DNA of 64,000 nucleotides from Zootoca vivipara (lineage: Eukaryota), in NCBI RefSeq assembly GCF_963506605.1, contig NC_083277.1, positions 95,356,001 to 95,420,000 of the forward strand, in the 5' to 3' direction. Every line of letters starts with the position of its first letter. Positions within the stretch are counted from its first letter, which is position 1. A model generated the notes under the pieces. It was not told the DNA's origin. It ran no database searches and saw only the letters and a program-made list of their open reading frames with translations. The translations under genes and the position numbers were made by a program. Positions 22,912-35,680 of this stretch are shown here, one piece after another.

Positions 22912-25900
22912 ATGGGAAAGTGGCAGGAAATGACCAAGGAGGTAAAGGAGGGGGTGGGGTGGGGAATGGTACTGCCTCTGTGTGAGAGAGATTTTGAAAG
23001 GTCTTGTTTTGTGTGAGTTACAGGTAGGTAGCCGTGTTGTTCTGGTGTAGTCGAAAAAAAATAAACAAATTCCTTCCAGTATGAGCTTTTGTGTGCATGC
23101 ACATACTGAAGTTGTGTGCATGCACACAAAAGCTCATACCAATGACAAACTTAGTTGGTCTCTAAGGTGCTAATGGAAGGATTTTTTTTATTTTTTTGTG
23201 TGAGTTTGGCGGTTACAACCAGGAAAAGATTTAAGAAGTCCTCTAGAGAAAAAGAAATTCTCAAACAGGCATAGGCAAACTTGGCCCTCCAGATGTTTTG
23301 GGACTACAACTCCCATCATCCCTGACCACTGGTCCTGTTAGCTAGGGATGATGGAGTTGTAGTCCCAAAACATCTGGAGGGCCAAGTTTGCCTATGCCTG
23401 TTCTAGAAACTGTGTTACACTGATGCTGACAAAGTCTCCTTTAAGATAGGGGTGGCAAACCCCTGGCCCCCCAGATGTGAATGGACACTCATCACCCCTG
23501 ACTGTTGGCTATGCTGGCCGGAACTGATGAGAGTCAAACAACACCTGGAATGCTGCTCATTAGCCACCCTTGCATCGAGGACTAGCAGATATATTGGTTT
23601 TGTGCATCAGATATGTGGAAATGGAAATGATATTACAAGGGAAAAGGCGGGAGGAAGAACTGTTGGGCAACGTTCAAAAGATAAACATACATATCCTGAA
23701 AGCAGAGATATGCCTAAATCAAACAGCTGCATTTCTCAGGGTGGTCTCAGCAATATGCAAATCTTTGCAGGGTTGTGTTCAATAGGCACAACATCAATGG
23801 GAACTTTTACCCCTAAGGTTTCTTCCTAGCTGTGCAAGGTGGGGTTGGTTAATTTGGTAAGTTCTCCCCCCCCCCAATGCACTGCCTTACTGACAAGGAT
23901 CCCCACTCCATGCCTGCCTGTTATTAAGTAAGAAATGCATAGTTGCATGATACTTACTTAGCAATGCTTCGTTTGGCACCCAATCTGCCTGTGTTTCTAC
24001 TCAGCTCCCTAGTCACCTTACTCCGAGTGAAAAGAGGGCCACTGTGGCTGTGCAAGGCGCCTTGCTTCTTCTCTTTGCAGGAGCTGGAGACACAGTACTC
24101 CCCTAGCAGGTGGTCTCCACGGCTGGAGGCGGATGCTGTGATTGAGGCTCACGTGCAGGCAATGAGCGAAGGTAAAGGGTCCCTGGGCAGTCCACTACCC
24201 GGCAAGAAGTGGGATGGGAGCGGGCAGATCACCAAGGGGCCACTAACTTCCAACAGACCTCCTCCCAGTGCCTGCTGGTTGTTGGCCTTCTTGCAAAGAG
24301 CCCTAGAGTTGGTGGACCTGGTTCTGATCCAGCAAGAAGGGCACGTTTATCCTTAAGCAAGACTGCATACCCAGGGTCAATGAACATGGATCAGTTATGC
24401 TTTAGCAGTGAAGCAACCCTGAGGATGCACTCTGGCCGCAAAAGTTCTAGTGGGCCAGCTCACCTCCAGTGCAGGGGAGGACAAAATCTCGCAGGAGGTT
24501 CTGAAGAGGGATTGGAAAGAACGCTCTCCGTTGGAACTTGCAAGGGACGTTTCTTCCCCTTGGGACTGTATAGCAGTGGCAAAGCCTACCTTAGTTTTCC
24601 AGAAGGTCAGCAGGATGGCATGCAGTTTTGAACAAGGACAGGCACCAGCAATCTGAAAACTCCTCTGGAGTGCGGGAGGGCAGCCCAGGTACGGCCAGGC
24701 AAGCTGCGGACTCCCACCTCTCTGTGCCTTCCTTTGGTCTGCAGGTACCCGCCGTGCCCAGATTGGCACCCAGACTCTGCTGAATGTGCCCTATGGGTTG
24801 GGCGAGGGAGAGAAGCTTGATGTGTATCTTCCCAAGAAACACACTGAAAGTAAGAGTACAGGAGCAGCATGGGAATGATCGGGAAACTGGGATGTTGGTG
24901 AAGTGCTGGTTGTGGCGAAGAGCCAACATCAGAAAGCGAGGGGTGGTACATTAGTGGGAGTTTTGCTAAGTGAGTATCTTTGCTGCCTGTTTCTTTCTCC
25001 CGTATCCCTTTTCAGCCTTCCCCCTGGTCCTCTATATCCATGGCGGCTACTGGCAATTCCTGAGGTGAGTTGTGCTGGAGGTTGCCCAGGTCCTTTGATT
25101 ACAGGATCCCAATGGGATGATGTCCCACCTAGCGGAACCACCTGGGACTGCTGTTCTCTTTCTCCTCCTCTAGCAAAGATGCTTCAGGCTTTGCTGCAGG
25201 GCCCCTAGCGACCCATGACGTAGCCTTGGCTGCAGTGGGCTACGATGTGGCTCCCAAAGGTACGCAACTGTGGTGGAAATCGTTTTCCTGTTCTGCTCTC
25301 CTTGGCATCTCATGTCTAACCTGAAAATTGTGGTTTGTGCTCAGGCCAGCTGGAGGTGATGGTCAGGCAGGTCCGACGCAGCGTGGCCTTCGCAGTTCAG
25401 CAATACACAGGGATCAGGTAAGAGTGAAAACACAGAGCACCTTGGGAATAAGAGACCAAGGGGCCTGTCATACCCTGATGAAGCCCTACAGGGTTGATGG
25501 AGGCCCTGGATAGCTTTTGAGTTTTGACTCCTCTGGCAATCCTACTCCGTCCGACACTGTCGGAGCATCCCACCTGCTCATTTCAACTGCGTCTCATTTG
25601 CCTTTAGCGGTGTTTATCTGCTTGGACACTCAGCAGGGGCCCACCTGGCAGCCATGGTGCTCTCTACAGATTGGACAGAATTTGGTGTCGTGCCAAACAT
25701 CAAAGGTACTGTCTGGGAGACACTGATCCCATTCCCGCCCCCTGCTCTTTTTACATCCTAGCATTCCCTCTCTCTCTTGCCTGAACTTCATGACCCAACT
25801 TGCACCAAGCTGGAGCCTCAGTAAGCCATGGACTCTTTTTCCTTCCCAGGAGCCTTTTTGGTGAGTGGCCTCTATGACTTGGAACCGATCACGCACACCT

Positions 25901-28102
25901 ATGTCAATGATGTTTTGCGCATGAGCCGGTGAGAGATGCATCTTTGAAAAGGAATTATCAACCCATGTAGGGCAGAAACACTGCAGCGAGTCCCTTGGGA
26001 GCCCCCTACCCACCAACATGTGGCCGAATATTGTTAACAGCCCACGGCAGACCAGTGGGCAGGTTAGCCGCATCTGTGTCGCCCAGCACAGCAACCCCTC
26101 AGCTTCCAACACAATGCAGTTCATGAAGGATCATGTGAAACAGTTTAGTAGTCACCTGTTAAGTTGAATATCTTTGACTTAGAACTTGATGGCTTGCAGG
26201 TTGAGCAAACATAGGGATAATTTCTTTGAGGCACACAGCCACGCTTGTAGATCACCCTTCCTATTGCAGCCTGACTTTTTTAAAAAAAAGTATTTGAAGG
26301 GCTAAATATTCCCCTCATGCACACACACACATGCATTGCCTCCTCTGCACTGTGTATCAAATAGATGGCATAGCTAATTATTATGATCATTATTTATTAA
26401 ATTTGTATAACAACCTTCATCCAAAGATCACAGGGCTTTTCAAATTGTATACACAAATACTGTCCCCCAAGCACCCTTCATATGCACGCACATCAGGCCT
26501 TTCCAAATCAACACTACTTGCTTCCCCATGTATTGGAGGGGTAGATGTTTTCAAAATTGTGCTCTGCATAGAAGTGGCTGCCTTCGTGGCTTATCGGCAA
26601 GCCAGCCCACTCTGCCTCTCTTTCATCTCTGTATGGTCTCAGCTGTGTGTCTTTCCTCAGGGAAGTGGCCTTACAGAATAGCCCTTTGAGGTGTGTGCCT
26701 AAGTTGGAGGGCAGGAGAAATTGCCAGGTACTTGTCACTGTGGCACAACATGATTCTCCTGAGTTCCACAGACAGTCCCAGGAGTACTTTGAGGTGCGTT
26801 GGCTGATGTTCGCCATGTTGAGTTTTTCTTTAATATTTGGTGGCATATAAGTGTTTTTTTAAAAATAATAATAATAAAGATGCACCCATGGAATCAAATG
26901 ATGTGCATCCACACTCATACCCATGTCTTTAAAGAGCCACATATGCATGTGTGAAAGGTGAAAACACTACCTAAGACAGGTGAGGGGAATCTTTCGCCCT
27001 CCAGGTGTTGCTGCAACTCCCATCATCCCTGACCTTTCGTCATGGCTGATGGAAGTTGTAGTTCAGCAACATCTGGAAGGCCAGGGGTTCCCAATCCTTG
27101 GCCTAAAACATTTACTTAATATTTGCTTCTTACTTCTTGGTCTCCCATCTCCCATTGCTCTTCATTATGAATCAATGAGACCACCAGCCCCATTCCTCCC
27201 GAGTCTCTGCCATCTATCAGTAATGCAGCTATTAGGGTAAAGGCACTTGCAAGTACTGTGGTGAGGATAGTTTTGTTAAAATCCCTGTTGCTTGCCCATA
27301 GGCTTTGCGTGCAGCTGGCTGGAGTGCCTCTTTGCTGGACATTGGAGACACAGATCATTTTGATGTCATTGAGAAGCTCTCCCAGGAAGACTATTTTCTC
27401 ACACAGGTACAGGGGGTGCAAATGAGCTGCAATAAAATGATGGTGGCTGTCAGTATATTTGTCACTTGCCATGTGTTAGGAGTAATGCTTCAGGGAGAGT
27501 ATGACATGCCCTGCATCTCCAGAATGCCGCATCAAGGAGGACTGCTAATTGTAGCTAAAAGCAAACAGGACTTCTGCATCTATCCTTATAATTGAATGTG
27601 TAAGCTTTGCCATTGTCGTGTAATGTCCAAATCTAGCGTGAAGTCAAAAATGGAATGGGCGATAAGGCCTCCTTCACGCAAATCTCCAATGGCATGGGAG
27701 CCACTTCCTCATAGTGTGATCTTACATTACTATGGAGCTTAGTGTGAAAATATTCCAACAATGTGGCTGAGGATGATCACATGGGTCTTCAACGTTAGTT
27801 GTGGCGCTGATTGGGTGGGGGAAATCCATGAATTTAGACATACCCGTGTGTCTGGAATATTCACACACTTACCCCAGCAATGTGGAATATACATGTGTCT
27901 TTGAAACACAAAGGAGTTAAATACAGTACTATGGAATTTGGGAAGTGTGTGGGATGTAGCTCCTGTTCAGGCCAACTTTAGCATTACAACACACTCCCGA
28001 TGATGAGTGAGAAGCTTCAATGTTGAACCAATTTGTTATGCAAGGGAAACATATTCTTTCTTGATGTTCCAGGTGATTCTGAAACTGATTTCAAGAGGCT
28101 GA
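22912..28102 (+). CDS. AFMID: Kynurenine formamidase (arylformamidase), 292 aa; exons 22912-22941, 24081-24171, 24745-24849, 25016-25064, 25174-25259, 25345-25417, 25608-25705, 25850-25928, 26661-26793, 27302-27406, 28073-28102
   Basis: [10 protein letters not shown]|[34 protein letters not shown] oxyanion motif, GHSAG nucleophile, DSPEF, DHF; all GT-AG and in frame; head-to-head with TK1 as in mammals. Confidence 0.94.
23018..23193. mobile_element. Penelope-like terminal repeat, inverted arrangement, degenerate ribozyme
   Basis: ttacaggtaggtagccgtgttg...gtgtgcatgcacac...; flanking duplication ttttgtgtgagtt (23007-23019, 23194-23206). Confidence 0.75.
23266..23400. mobile_element. Palindromic hAT-type MITE
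   Basis: Near-perfect inverted symmetry: caggcataggcaaacttggccctccagatg / catctggagggccaagtttgcctatgcctg. Confidence 0.85.
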
Positions 28103-29907
28103 TAGGTTGACACAAGATGGAACACTCAGCCTGGAGTTCCCATCTACAGCCATGAGTGGCCATTGATGACCTTGCAAACCCACCCACCCTAATCCTCCAC
28201 TCTCTCTGCTGTGCTGTTTTATTTCACCCCCTGGGAACGGACTTCCTGCCAATTGCAATTTTATCCAGTTAGAACTTCAGAAGACACAAATCTATTGAAA
28301 CGGAACTTTGAAACATATTATTCCTTGTTGCTTTGGAGGCAATTGACTCTTTAAGAGAGCACACAGATCCTTTCGCATAGACTGCCTGACACAGAGACAG
28401 TTCCTGTCCACTCCTGCGATAAACTGTTCCTCCCAGCGTGCTGAGAACATTAAAGTAACACCAACGCATAAATTACATCTACATTATGGCAGTTAATCAC
28501 CTTCCCCCAGGAGATAGTCTGAATCTGTGACCACAGGCAAGGCATAATTGCTGCATAAATCACTGCGTCTCTTTATTCTGCAAAGGGCCTGAGTTGAAGA
28601 TGGGCATCTTTCACTAACCGCAGTAACTAAACTTTTATTCAACATTCTAACTCCATATGAAACTGCCTTATACAGTCAGAGCAGTGGCACTCTGTGCTTG
28701 TGCTATGGAGGCCCATGTCTCTATTACCACGGGCTCAATGCAGTCTTTGAATCAGGGACCCTGCAAGCAGGAAGTTGCATATTCAGAGCATAGCCAGACT
28801 GGAACAGTTCTAAAAGAAAATTGTGGGAATCATGTCAACAACGGCTATAACAACTGTGCTGCAACAGCCGGTTAGTTATGCTCTTGCCTTGGAATGGGCC
28901 AAAGTTAAGAAATACATCTCAAGACCTTGTGCAAGTAACGTCAGTTGTAATGATTATTGTGCCACGAATTGGGGAATGTCAACAGTCGGAGATCAGATGA
29001 GTGTTTAATTACTTTCTCTGCCCCTTTGGCATTCAGGTGTTGAGTGGTGCACAGAGTTATGATGACTAAATCCTAAGAAGAGGCCAATGGCCAGTCTAGC
29101 CCAGCATCCTGGTTCACACACTCACTAGCCAGGTGCCTGTGGGAAACCCACAAGTGAGACCCAAACATGAGCACTCTTCCTCCTGCAGTTCAAAATGCTT
29201 TCCTTTCAGCCTGGGCATGCTCCAAGACTCCTGGATTCCAGACAGTGAACCAAGCCTGACCTAATGAAGTATTTAGCCCAGCTTCTTATAATGGCTTTAG
29301 GCTAACACAAGCACTTCTGCAAGGCATTTTCATAAATCCTCACCCCCCCTTATCAACCGCATCCCTCTGCGCCATATATGCTGTATATTGTTCCAGAGGG
29401 TCCACCAGCAGTGGAGGTACTGGGTGCAGGGATCAGATGGTGCCCTGCTTGTGAAAGCTCTTCCAGTAGTTGCTACCAGCTGGTGCAAAGCCACCATTGG
29501 ATACAACACTTAGCTTTTTATTTTTAGAGAGTGTTCTTATACCCTGCAAAAATCTTTATCCCCCCCCCCCCCAGATCGGCCCCATTTAGCAATACACAGT
29601 AGCAAAAGTTAATGTTTAATTTGGCAGAATTAAACCATTGTCTCTGGTTTGCATATGTCAGCATGCCTCACTTCAAAGCACACCTGAAAACAGGAAGTTC
29701 TGCGTGGGAGGGCAGATGCAAGTTAAAGCTGATTTTCATAATTCTAACGACCGGAGCAGGGTGCGGGGAGAATCTAAAATTCCAATCCTATATACACTTA
29801 TCTAGGAATAAACCCCATTTAACTTAATGTGGCACACAAGTAACTAAGCCAAGTGCCTGTAATAAAAAAAGCACTGCAGCCATAAACAACATGCTTACCA
29901 GAGATCA

Positions 29908-30338
29908 ATCTCCGTTGAATACAATGGGGCTTAAACATGAAGATCAGCCTCCCTTCCTCTAGCAAAACATATACTGTACTGTAATATGACTAGAAAGTGA
30001 AACGTTGGTTTGCATTCTGCGGGGGGGGGGGGGGGGAGGCATTCCCCAATGTTAACAAAATACCTTCTCCTTACAACTGCTGTATTTGAACAAAAGAAAC
30101 TGACCCAAGATGCTCGATTTCAGCTCCTCGGAGGACTTCTTACACCCAGCAGCAGCCCAGCTACCTTCTCTTTCAAACACCCAGCCTCGTTCTGTTCCAA
30201 CAGCCACTGAACAAAATTTCGGGTTTTTTTTTTGGGGGGGGGGTTGCATTACGACGAGGAAAAGCCCACCAACCTCTGTCTGTTTACTCAGAAGCAAGTC
30301 CCAAGTGTGTCCTCCCTAATATGAAGTTGGGATCGCGG
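29908..30338 (+). repeat. Direct repeat, copy 1 (upstream of BIRC5)
   Basis: Colinear with 34702-35103; shares exact 34-nt and 45-nt runs. Confidence 0.9.
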
Positions 30339-30599
30339 GCTATTTTATTGAAACGATTTTACACGTGTGTTTAGCTTCTTTTCCCCATCACGTGGGAAGC
30401 GGGGTTTCTAAATCCATTTTTTGTTTTGTTTTGTTTCTTCTGCCTCTAACTTTCGGAAATACAGCCTTATTTGCCTGTTCCAACAAGAACAACGGAAACC
30501 TCTTAGAGGTATTTTAAAGAGTTTGTCCTGTCTTGTGTTTCTGGTCTTTAAAACGTGCAAGGTTTTGCCTCTATCCTCCTCTTACTGCATTTTATAAAG

Positions 30600-30704
30600 A
30601 GAGGGAGAACTACAACTCCCGGCATGCTCAGCGCATAGCAGCCGATTTCCCGTCATTCTTTGCTCGGCCGTTGTTCCAACCGCGGTATTTTGAACGCGGC
30701 AGAA
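30600..30704 (+). promoter_or_regulatory. BIRC5 G2/M promoter: ZNF143-type motif plus CDE/CHR
   Basis: actacaactcccggcatgc at 30609; E2F-like tttcccg at ~30646; aaccgcggtatTTTGAA (CHR 30689-30694) just upstream of the ATG, the layout known for mammalian survivin. Confidence 0.75.
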
Positions 30705-33700
30705 ATGGTGCCGGGAGGTCCTTCTTCGGGTCCGCAAGTGCGGCCGGGATTCGAGGAGTTTCTGAAGGAGCACCGAGTCGCCACTTTCGACCACTGGCCC
30801 TTTACCTCCGGCTGCTCATGCACTCCAGACCGGGTGAGGGAAACATTTCTCCCAGCCAGCTTGCCTCCTAAGTACTTTTCCTCCTCCTTATCTAATTTCT
30901 GCACTCCATGCATAATTTTACACACTTCTATCATGTCTCCTCTTGGTTGCCTTTTCTCTACTAAACTAAAAATCCCCCAAAGTGACCTTCCCTTTTAGGG
31001 AGGTTGCTCCACCCTCTTGATCATTTTGGTTTCCCTTTTCTGAACCGTTTCCGGCTGTCAATATCCTTTTTGAGGTGAGACCATCAGAACTGTAAACAGT
31101 TTTCCAAGTGTGGTTGCACCATCAATTAGTAAAACAGTATTTTGATATTGACAATTTTATTTTTAATTCAACTTGGTTTATTTTCCTAATGATCCCTAGC
31201 TTGACATTTGTCTTTCTACAGCTATCACACACTGGGTCAACACCTTCATCAGATTATCCTCTACAACCCAAGGTCTTGTTCCTGGTCAGTCACTACCACT
31301 CTGGACCCCATGAAATACATTTATTTTTTGCCCCAAATGTGCAACTCTTTACACTTGCTTAAACTGAATTTGCATTTCCCACTTTGCTGCCTATTCACCC
31401 AGTTTGGGGAGACCCTTTTGGAGTACAGTGGTACCTCAGGGTACAATCACTTCAGGTTACAGACTCCGCTAATCCGGAAGTAGTACCTCGGGTTAAGAAC
31501 TTTACCTCAGGATGAGAACAGAAATTGTGTGCTGGTGACGCGGTGGCAGCGGGAGGCCCCATTAGCTAAAGTGGTACCTCAGGTTAAGAATGGTTTCAGG
31601 TTGAGAACGGACCTCTGGAACGAATTTAAGTACGTAACCAGAGGTACCACTGTACTTCACAATCCCTTTTAGTTTTAACTATCCTGAGCAATTTAGTATC
31701 AGCAGCAAACTTGGCTACATCATTGCTCACCCTAACTCTTGGGATGTGTGATTGTTGAATGTACACTTGTTGAACAACTTTCCTCCCCTTCCCTCTCTCT
31801 TCCCAGATGGCAGAAGCTGGATTTGTTCACTGTCCTACTGACAATGCACCCGACGTGGCCCAGTGCTTCATATGTTTTAAGGAGCTGGAGGGATGGGAGC
31901 CGGATGATGACCCTATGTAAGTATTTTGTTGTTGGATCTGCTGACTTGCAGTGCCTCCAAATAAGTGCTCGGGATAGGCATATCTGCCTTTTTACCAGGA
32001 CAACATAATGCAGGGATGAAGGAAGCAAATCTGCAAGCTTAATATAGGGTACAAGTAATTTAGATGGTTTGTCCACATCTTCCATCTTTCCTTTCCTATG
32101 CCAAAAGCCTAATATGGCTACTTAAGACCCAGTGAGACCACTTGTCATAGGCAGGTTACATTTATGTAATTTATTTGATCTTCAAACATCTGGCTACATT
32201 TCCCACAGAAGCAGGTGGTTAGATTAAGCAGGTGGTGTGGACACATTTATTTAAAAACCTAAGCATAGGGTGGAGGGTCTCAAAGCATTAATACCCCAAC
32301 AGATCTTGCTTCCCCATTCTGTTACCAGGAAACCCCCAACTTCCCGTACAGCACACAGTTAAATGTGTCTCTTTCTCCTCGGCTTTGCAACATCTCCCAG
32401 TTCTTTTGCTGACACACAGCAGTTCTCTCCAGTGCAGCCCCACCTTCCTGGCCATGTAGTCGTTTCTCACTTAGATGCTACTATTAAAACCCAGTTCCTC
32501 CCTCTGAAGTGCATATCAAGGCGCTAAAAATAGCTATCTGGACTTAATCTACAAATGAATTTGCTTGATCAGTTTCCCAACCTCCCCCAAAACTTATAAG
32601 ATTACAGTACCTACTTCCAAATAGAAAATGTCTGTCCTGCGCATACAAAAAACAAACAGCAGCATAACAACTTGCCCTTAGGTAAAGGGACAGGGACAGA
32701 TTAAAACAGTGAGAAAAGTTCTGTGTCCATATTGGCAGCAAGTGATTTGCTTTGAAGCAGGCCTAACCTAGAGACTTAGAACAAGCATCCTATACTGGAC
32801 CAGTGGTGGGGTAGTAAGTTTTCTACTGATTCCCCCCCCCCCACCAGAAAAGGTCCTGTTTCATTAGTAACAATGAATGGATGCCAATAGCAACTAAATA
32901 TTAGGGAAGCTTGACACTTTCAATGTTTCTGGCTTTGTTTACAAGTAAAAGAAGCATGCTAGATGAGATTACTCTCTAGGGCACGAGAAAAATTTCCTAC
33001 ACAAATTGCCCTAATTTGCACAGAAAAAATAAACAATTCAAAAATTTGGTGGAAAGCCTAGAGAGTGAGGAGGGATGTCATCTATTCTCCTTTAATTCAG
33101 GAGATCAGATATGTTATTTCAGAAGTTATTACAAGACCAGCTGGTGCTGTGCAATCCACTGCTGAATGTAAAGCTGGCACATGACATCAGGTGGTCTTAA
33201 ACTTGATTGCACTGAGCAGCGTAAACATTTAATGTCTTCAAGAGAAAGGCAGTTTCAGTAGCTGGAGTCCTGATTTTGCATGAGCAGCAAAGAGGGCATA
33301 AAGAAAAAAAGTAATCAAAACCAGTCCCATTATTTCCCCTGCATTGGGAAGTCACAGAAGAGGTGGAGCCATGGCCCTCCTCTATTATTAACATGAAACT
33401 GTTTTGGGTGGTGGTTCAGAAGCTTCAGCTGGTGCCCTCTGTTCTGGCCTACCTTCTGTACTTAGTGGGTTATTAATGAGCATCCTACTTCAGTGTTTCA
33501 GTATTTGCATTGCCCCCCTTTTGTTTTCCTGGCTCAATTCAAGGTACTAGTTAAAGCAGGGGTCAGCAAACTTTTTCAGCAGGGGGCCGGTCCACTGTCC
33601 CTCAGACCTTGTGCGGGCCCGGAGTATTTTTTTTTTAAATGAATTCCTATGCCCCACAAATAACCCAGAGATGCATTTTAAATAAAAGGGCACATTCTAT

Positions 33701-34686
33701 TCATGTAAAAACACGCTGATTCCCGGACCGTCCATGGGCCGGATTTAAAAGGCAATTGGGCTGAATCCGGCCCCCAGGCCTTAATTTGCCTACCGATGAG
33801 TCAAATCCTCTAAATCCGTGTAAATATTGGGCTCACATATGCTACCTTTATCCCTGCTGTAAGATTTGTGAAAAGTTTTAAATCTCTTAGTAGCTCTTCA
33901 CTCTGAACCCTAGAGACGTCTGCCTAATCCTTTGAGGTCCATTGTGCTAATATAGTTTGGCCTCCTTCTTTCTAGGGAAGAGCACCGGAAACACTCCCCC
34001 AAGTGTGCATTTCTGGCTCTCCAGAAAGATATTAAGGACTTGACACTGCAAGAGTTTCAGAAACTTTGCAAAGAGAGAACGAAGGCCTTGATCGTAAGTA
34101 TGGTCTGCTGGGAGCTGTGAATGTAGTCTAGCTTTTCCTGCTCTCCTGCTCTCCCTACAACAGTGTTTCCCAAAATTGGGTCTTCAGCTGTTTTTGGACT
34201 ACAACTTCCACCATCTCTAGCTAGCAGGACCCAGGGGTCAGGGAATATGGGGATTGTAGTCCCAAAACAGCTGGGGACTTAAGTTTGGGAAACATTGCCC
34301 TACACTACAGTTTCAAAATGGTCATTTAGCACCCTGCCCTCCTCCACACCAGATCATACATAGTCTCTTGCCCATAGAACTGCCTCGATTTGAAGATAGT
34401 GTTCTTCACTGGTTAGGCTGCAACTGTGAGATCAATTTGGGTTTCCCTGCTGTGTTATGGTTTTCCTGCTTGCTTCTCAAAGTGAATAGCCACTGCCCAT
34501 CCCTACCTGCAGCAAAGCCTTCCTCTTGTAGTCCACTTTACAGCTCAAATACTTGCCTTTTCATTAGTTACTAACAGGAGTTCCTTTCTGTTTTTCTCCT
34601 AGAGAAAGGAAATTAACCAGAAAATTAACGACGTGAAAAAACGTGCTGAGAAGACGCGTAATGCAATTGAATTGCTGTCTATGTAA
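30705..34686 (+). CDS. BIRC5: Survivin (BIR domain), 146 aa; exons 30705-30833, 31807-31916, 33976-34093, 34603-34686
   Basis: [21 protein letters not shown]|[37 protein letters not shown]|[13 protein letters not shown]...: CCHC zinc ligands and a C-terminal helix; GT-AG and in frame. Confidence 0.96.
30896..31740 (-). mobile_element. CR1 LINE fragment split by a mariner MITE
   Basis: Typical reverse-strand CR1 ORF2 tracts (tagtatcagcagcaaacttggctac = VAKFAADT-like; tgcataattttacacacttctatcatgtctcc). Confidence 0.65.
31426..31652. mobile_element. Tc1/mariner (Tigger-like) MITE
   Basis: TIR cagtggtacctc/gaggtaccactg; TA TSD. Confidence 0.85.
33557..33798. mobile_element. Non-autonomous hAT (Charlie-like) element
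   Basis: caggggtcagcaaact ... aatttgcctaccgatg termini; degenerate 8-bp TSD agttaaag/agtcaaat. Confidence 0.65.
34161..34297. mobile_element. Palindromic hAT-type MITE
   Basis: TIR cagtgtttcccaaa/tttgggaaacattg; TSD ccctacaa/ccctacac. Confidence 0.8.
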
Positions 34687-34701
34687 CGTTCCTAGTGTAC
34701 T

Positions 34702-35103
34702 ATCTCCATTGAACACAATGGGGCTTTTTGTATACAATATAAATTTAAATTATAAAAATGTAATATGAATAGAAAGTGAAACTGGTTTGCATTCTGCCGG
34801 GGGGGGGGGGGAGGCATTCCCCAATGTTAACAAAATACCTTCTCTTTGGAACTGCTGTATATGAACAAAACAAACTGACCCCAAATGCTCAATTTCAGCT
34901 CCTCGGCGGACTTACACCCAGCAGCAGCAGCCCAACTACCTTTTTCTCTTTCAAACACCTACCCTTGTTCTGTTCCAACAGCCACTGAACAAAATTTCGG
35001 GGTTTTGGGGGGGCATTACGATGAGAAAAAGCCCATCAACCTCTCTCTGTTTACTCAGAAGCAAGTCCCAAGTGTGTCCTCCCTAATATGGTTAGGATCG
35101 CGG
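34702..35103 (+). repeat. Direct repeat, copy 2 (BIRC5 3'UTR)
   Basis: Starts 16 nt after the BIRC5 stop; colinear with 29908-30338. Confidence 0.9.
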
Positions 35104-35656
35104 TACAATGCTGTGGTAGCTCCTGAGGCAGGGCTGTTTGGAACTTGTACAAGACCTGAAGGCTTCTTGTCTGCGTTCCTGCTTTCACACCTGTGGCTCT
35201 GGTCAAGTTGCACTTAAGGGCTGAATGAAGATATCTGCAGTTCTCCACTGATTTCTGTGCCTAAAGGCACATTAGGACAATAATGCCAAACATACAGATT
35301 CACCAAGGTAGTCTGATTTGACCAGAATGCCATAGTAATGTTAATGTCATAGTAAAAAGCTCAGTGAAAACATAATTACTGTGAATTATTAGGATGAGGC
35401 GGGGGCAGGGAGTACCAAATATATAAATCTATGGTACGCAAATCTGAAAAAGTTTTAACTCAGAATGGTCATGACAGAGAAGGTGCCTAAAAAGGATGTG
35501 CAGTACAGTCCTACTGGTGTTTTTTGTTATTATTATTCATTTGAACTTATTCCCCCATAGGCACGAGAATGAAATACACCAAAAATGCTGTGATGATAAT
35601 CCTATGTTATATATATATATATAATTACAAAATCCATAACAATTTTAACACAGAAA

Positions 35657-35680
35657 AATAAAGTCAGTGTTTTCAATAAA
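35657..35680 (+). terminator. Candidate BIRC5 poly(A) signals (two AATAAA)
   Basis: AATAAA at 35657 and 35675 followed by GT/T-rich sequence. Confidence 0.5.

Noticed and set aside
27996-28030. C-box-like TGATGA in the last AFMID intron as a snoRNA
   Set aside because: No appropriately placed D box or terminal stem before the acceptor.
30010-30319. Similar short ORFs at 30010/34776 and 30110/34885, suggesting a small gene family
   Set aside because: By-product of the DNA duplication; non-ATG or unmatched starts, indels between copies, no splice or domain support.
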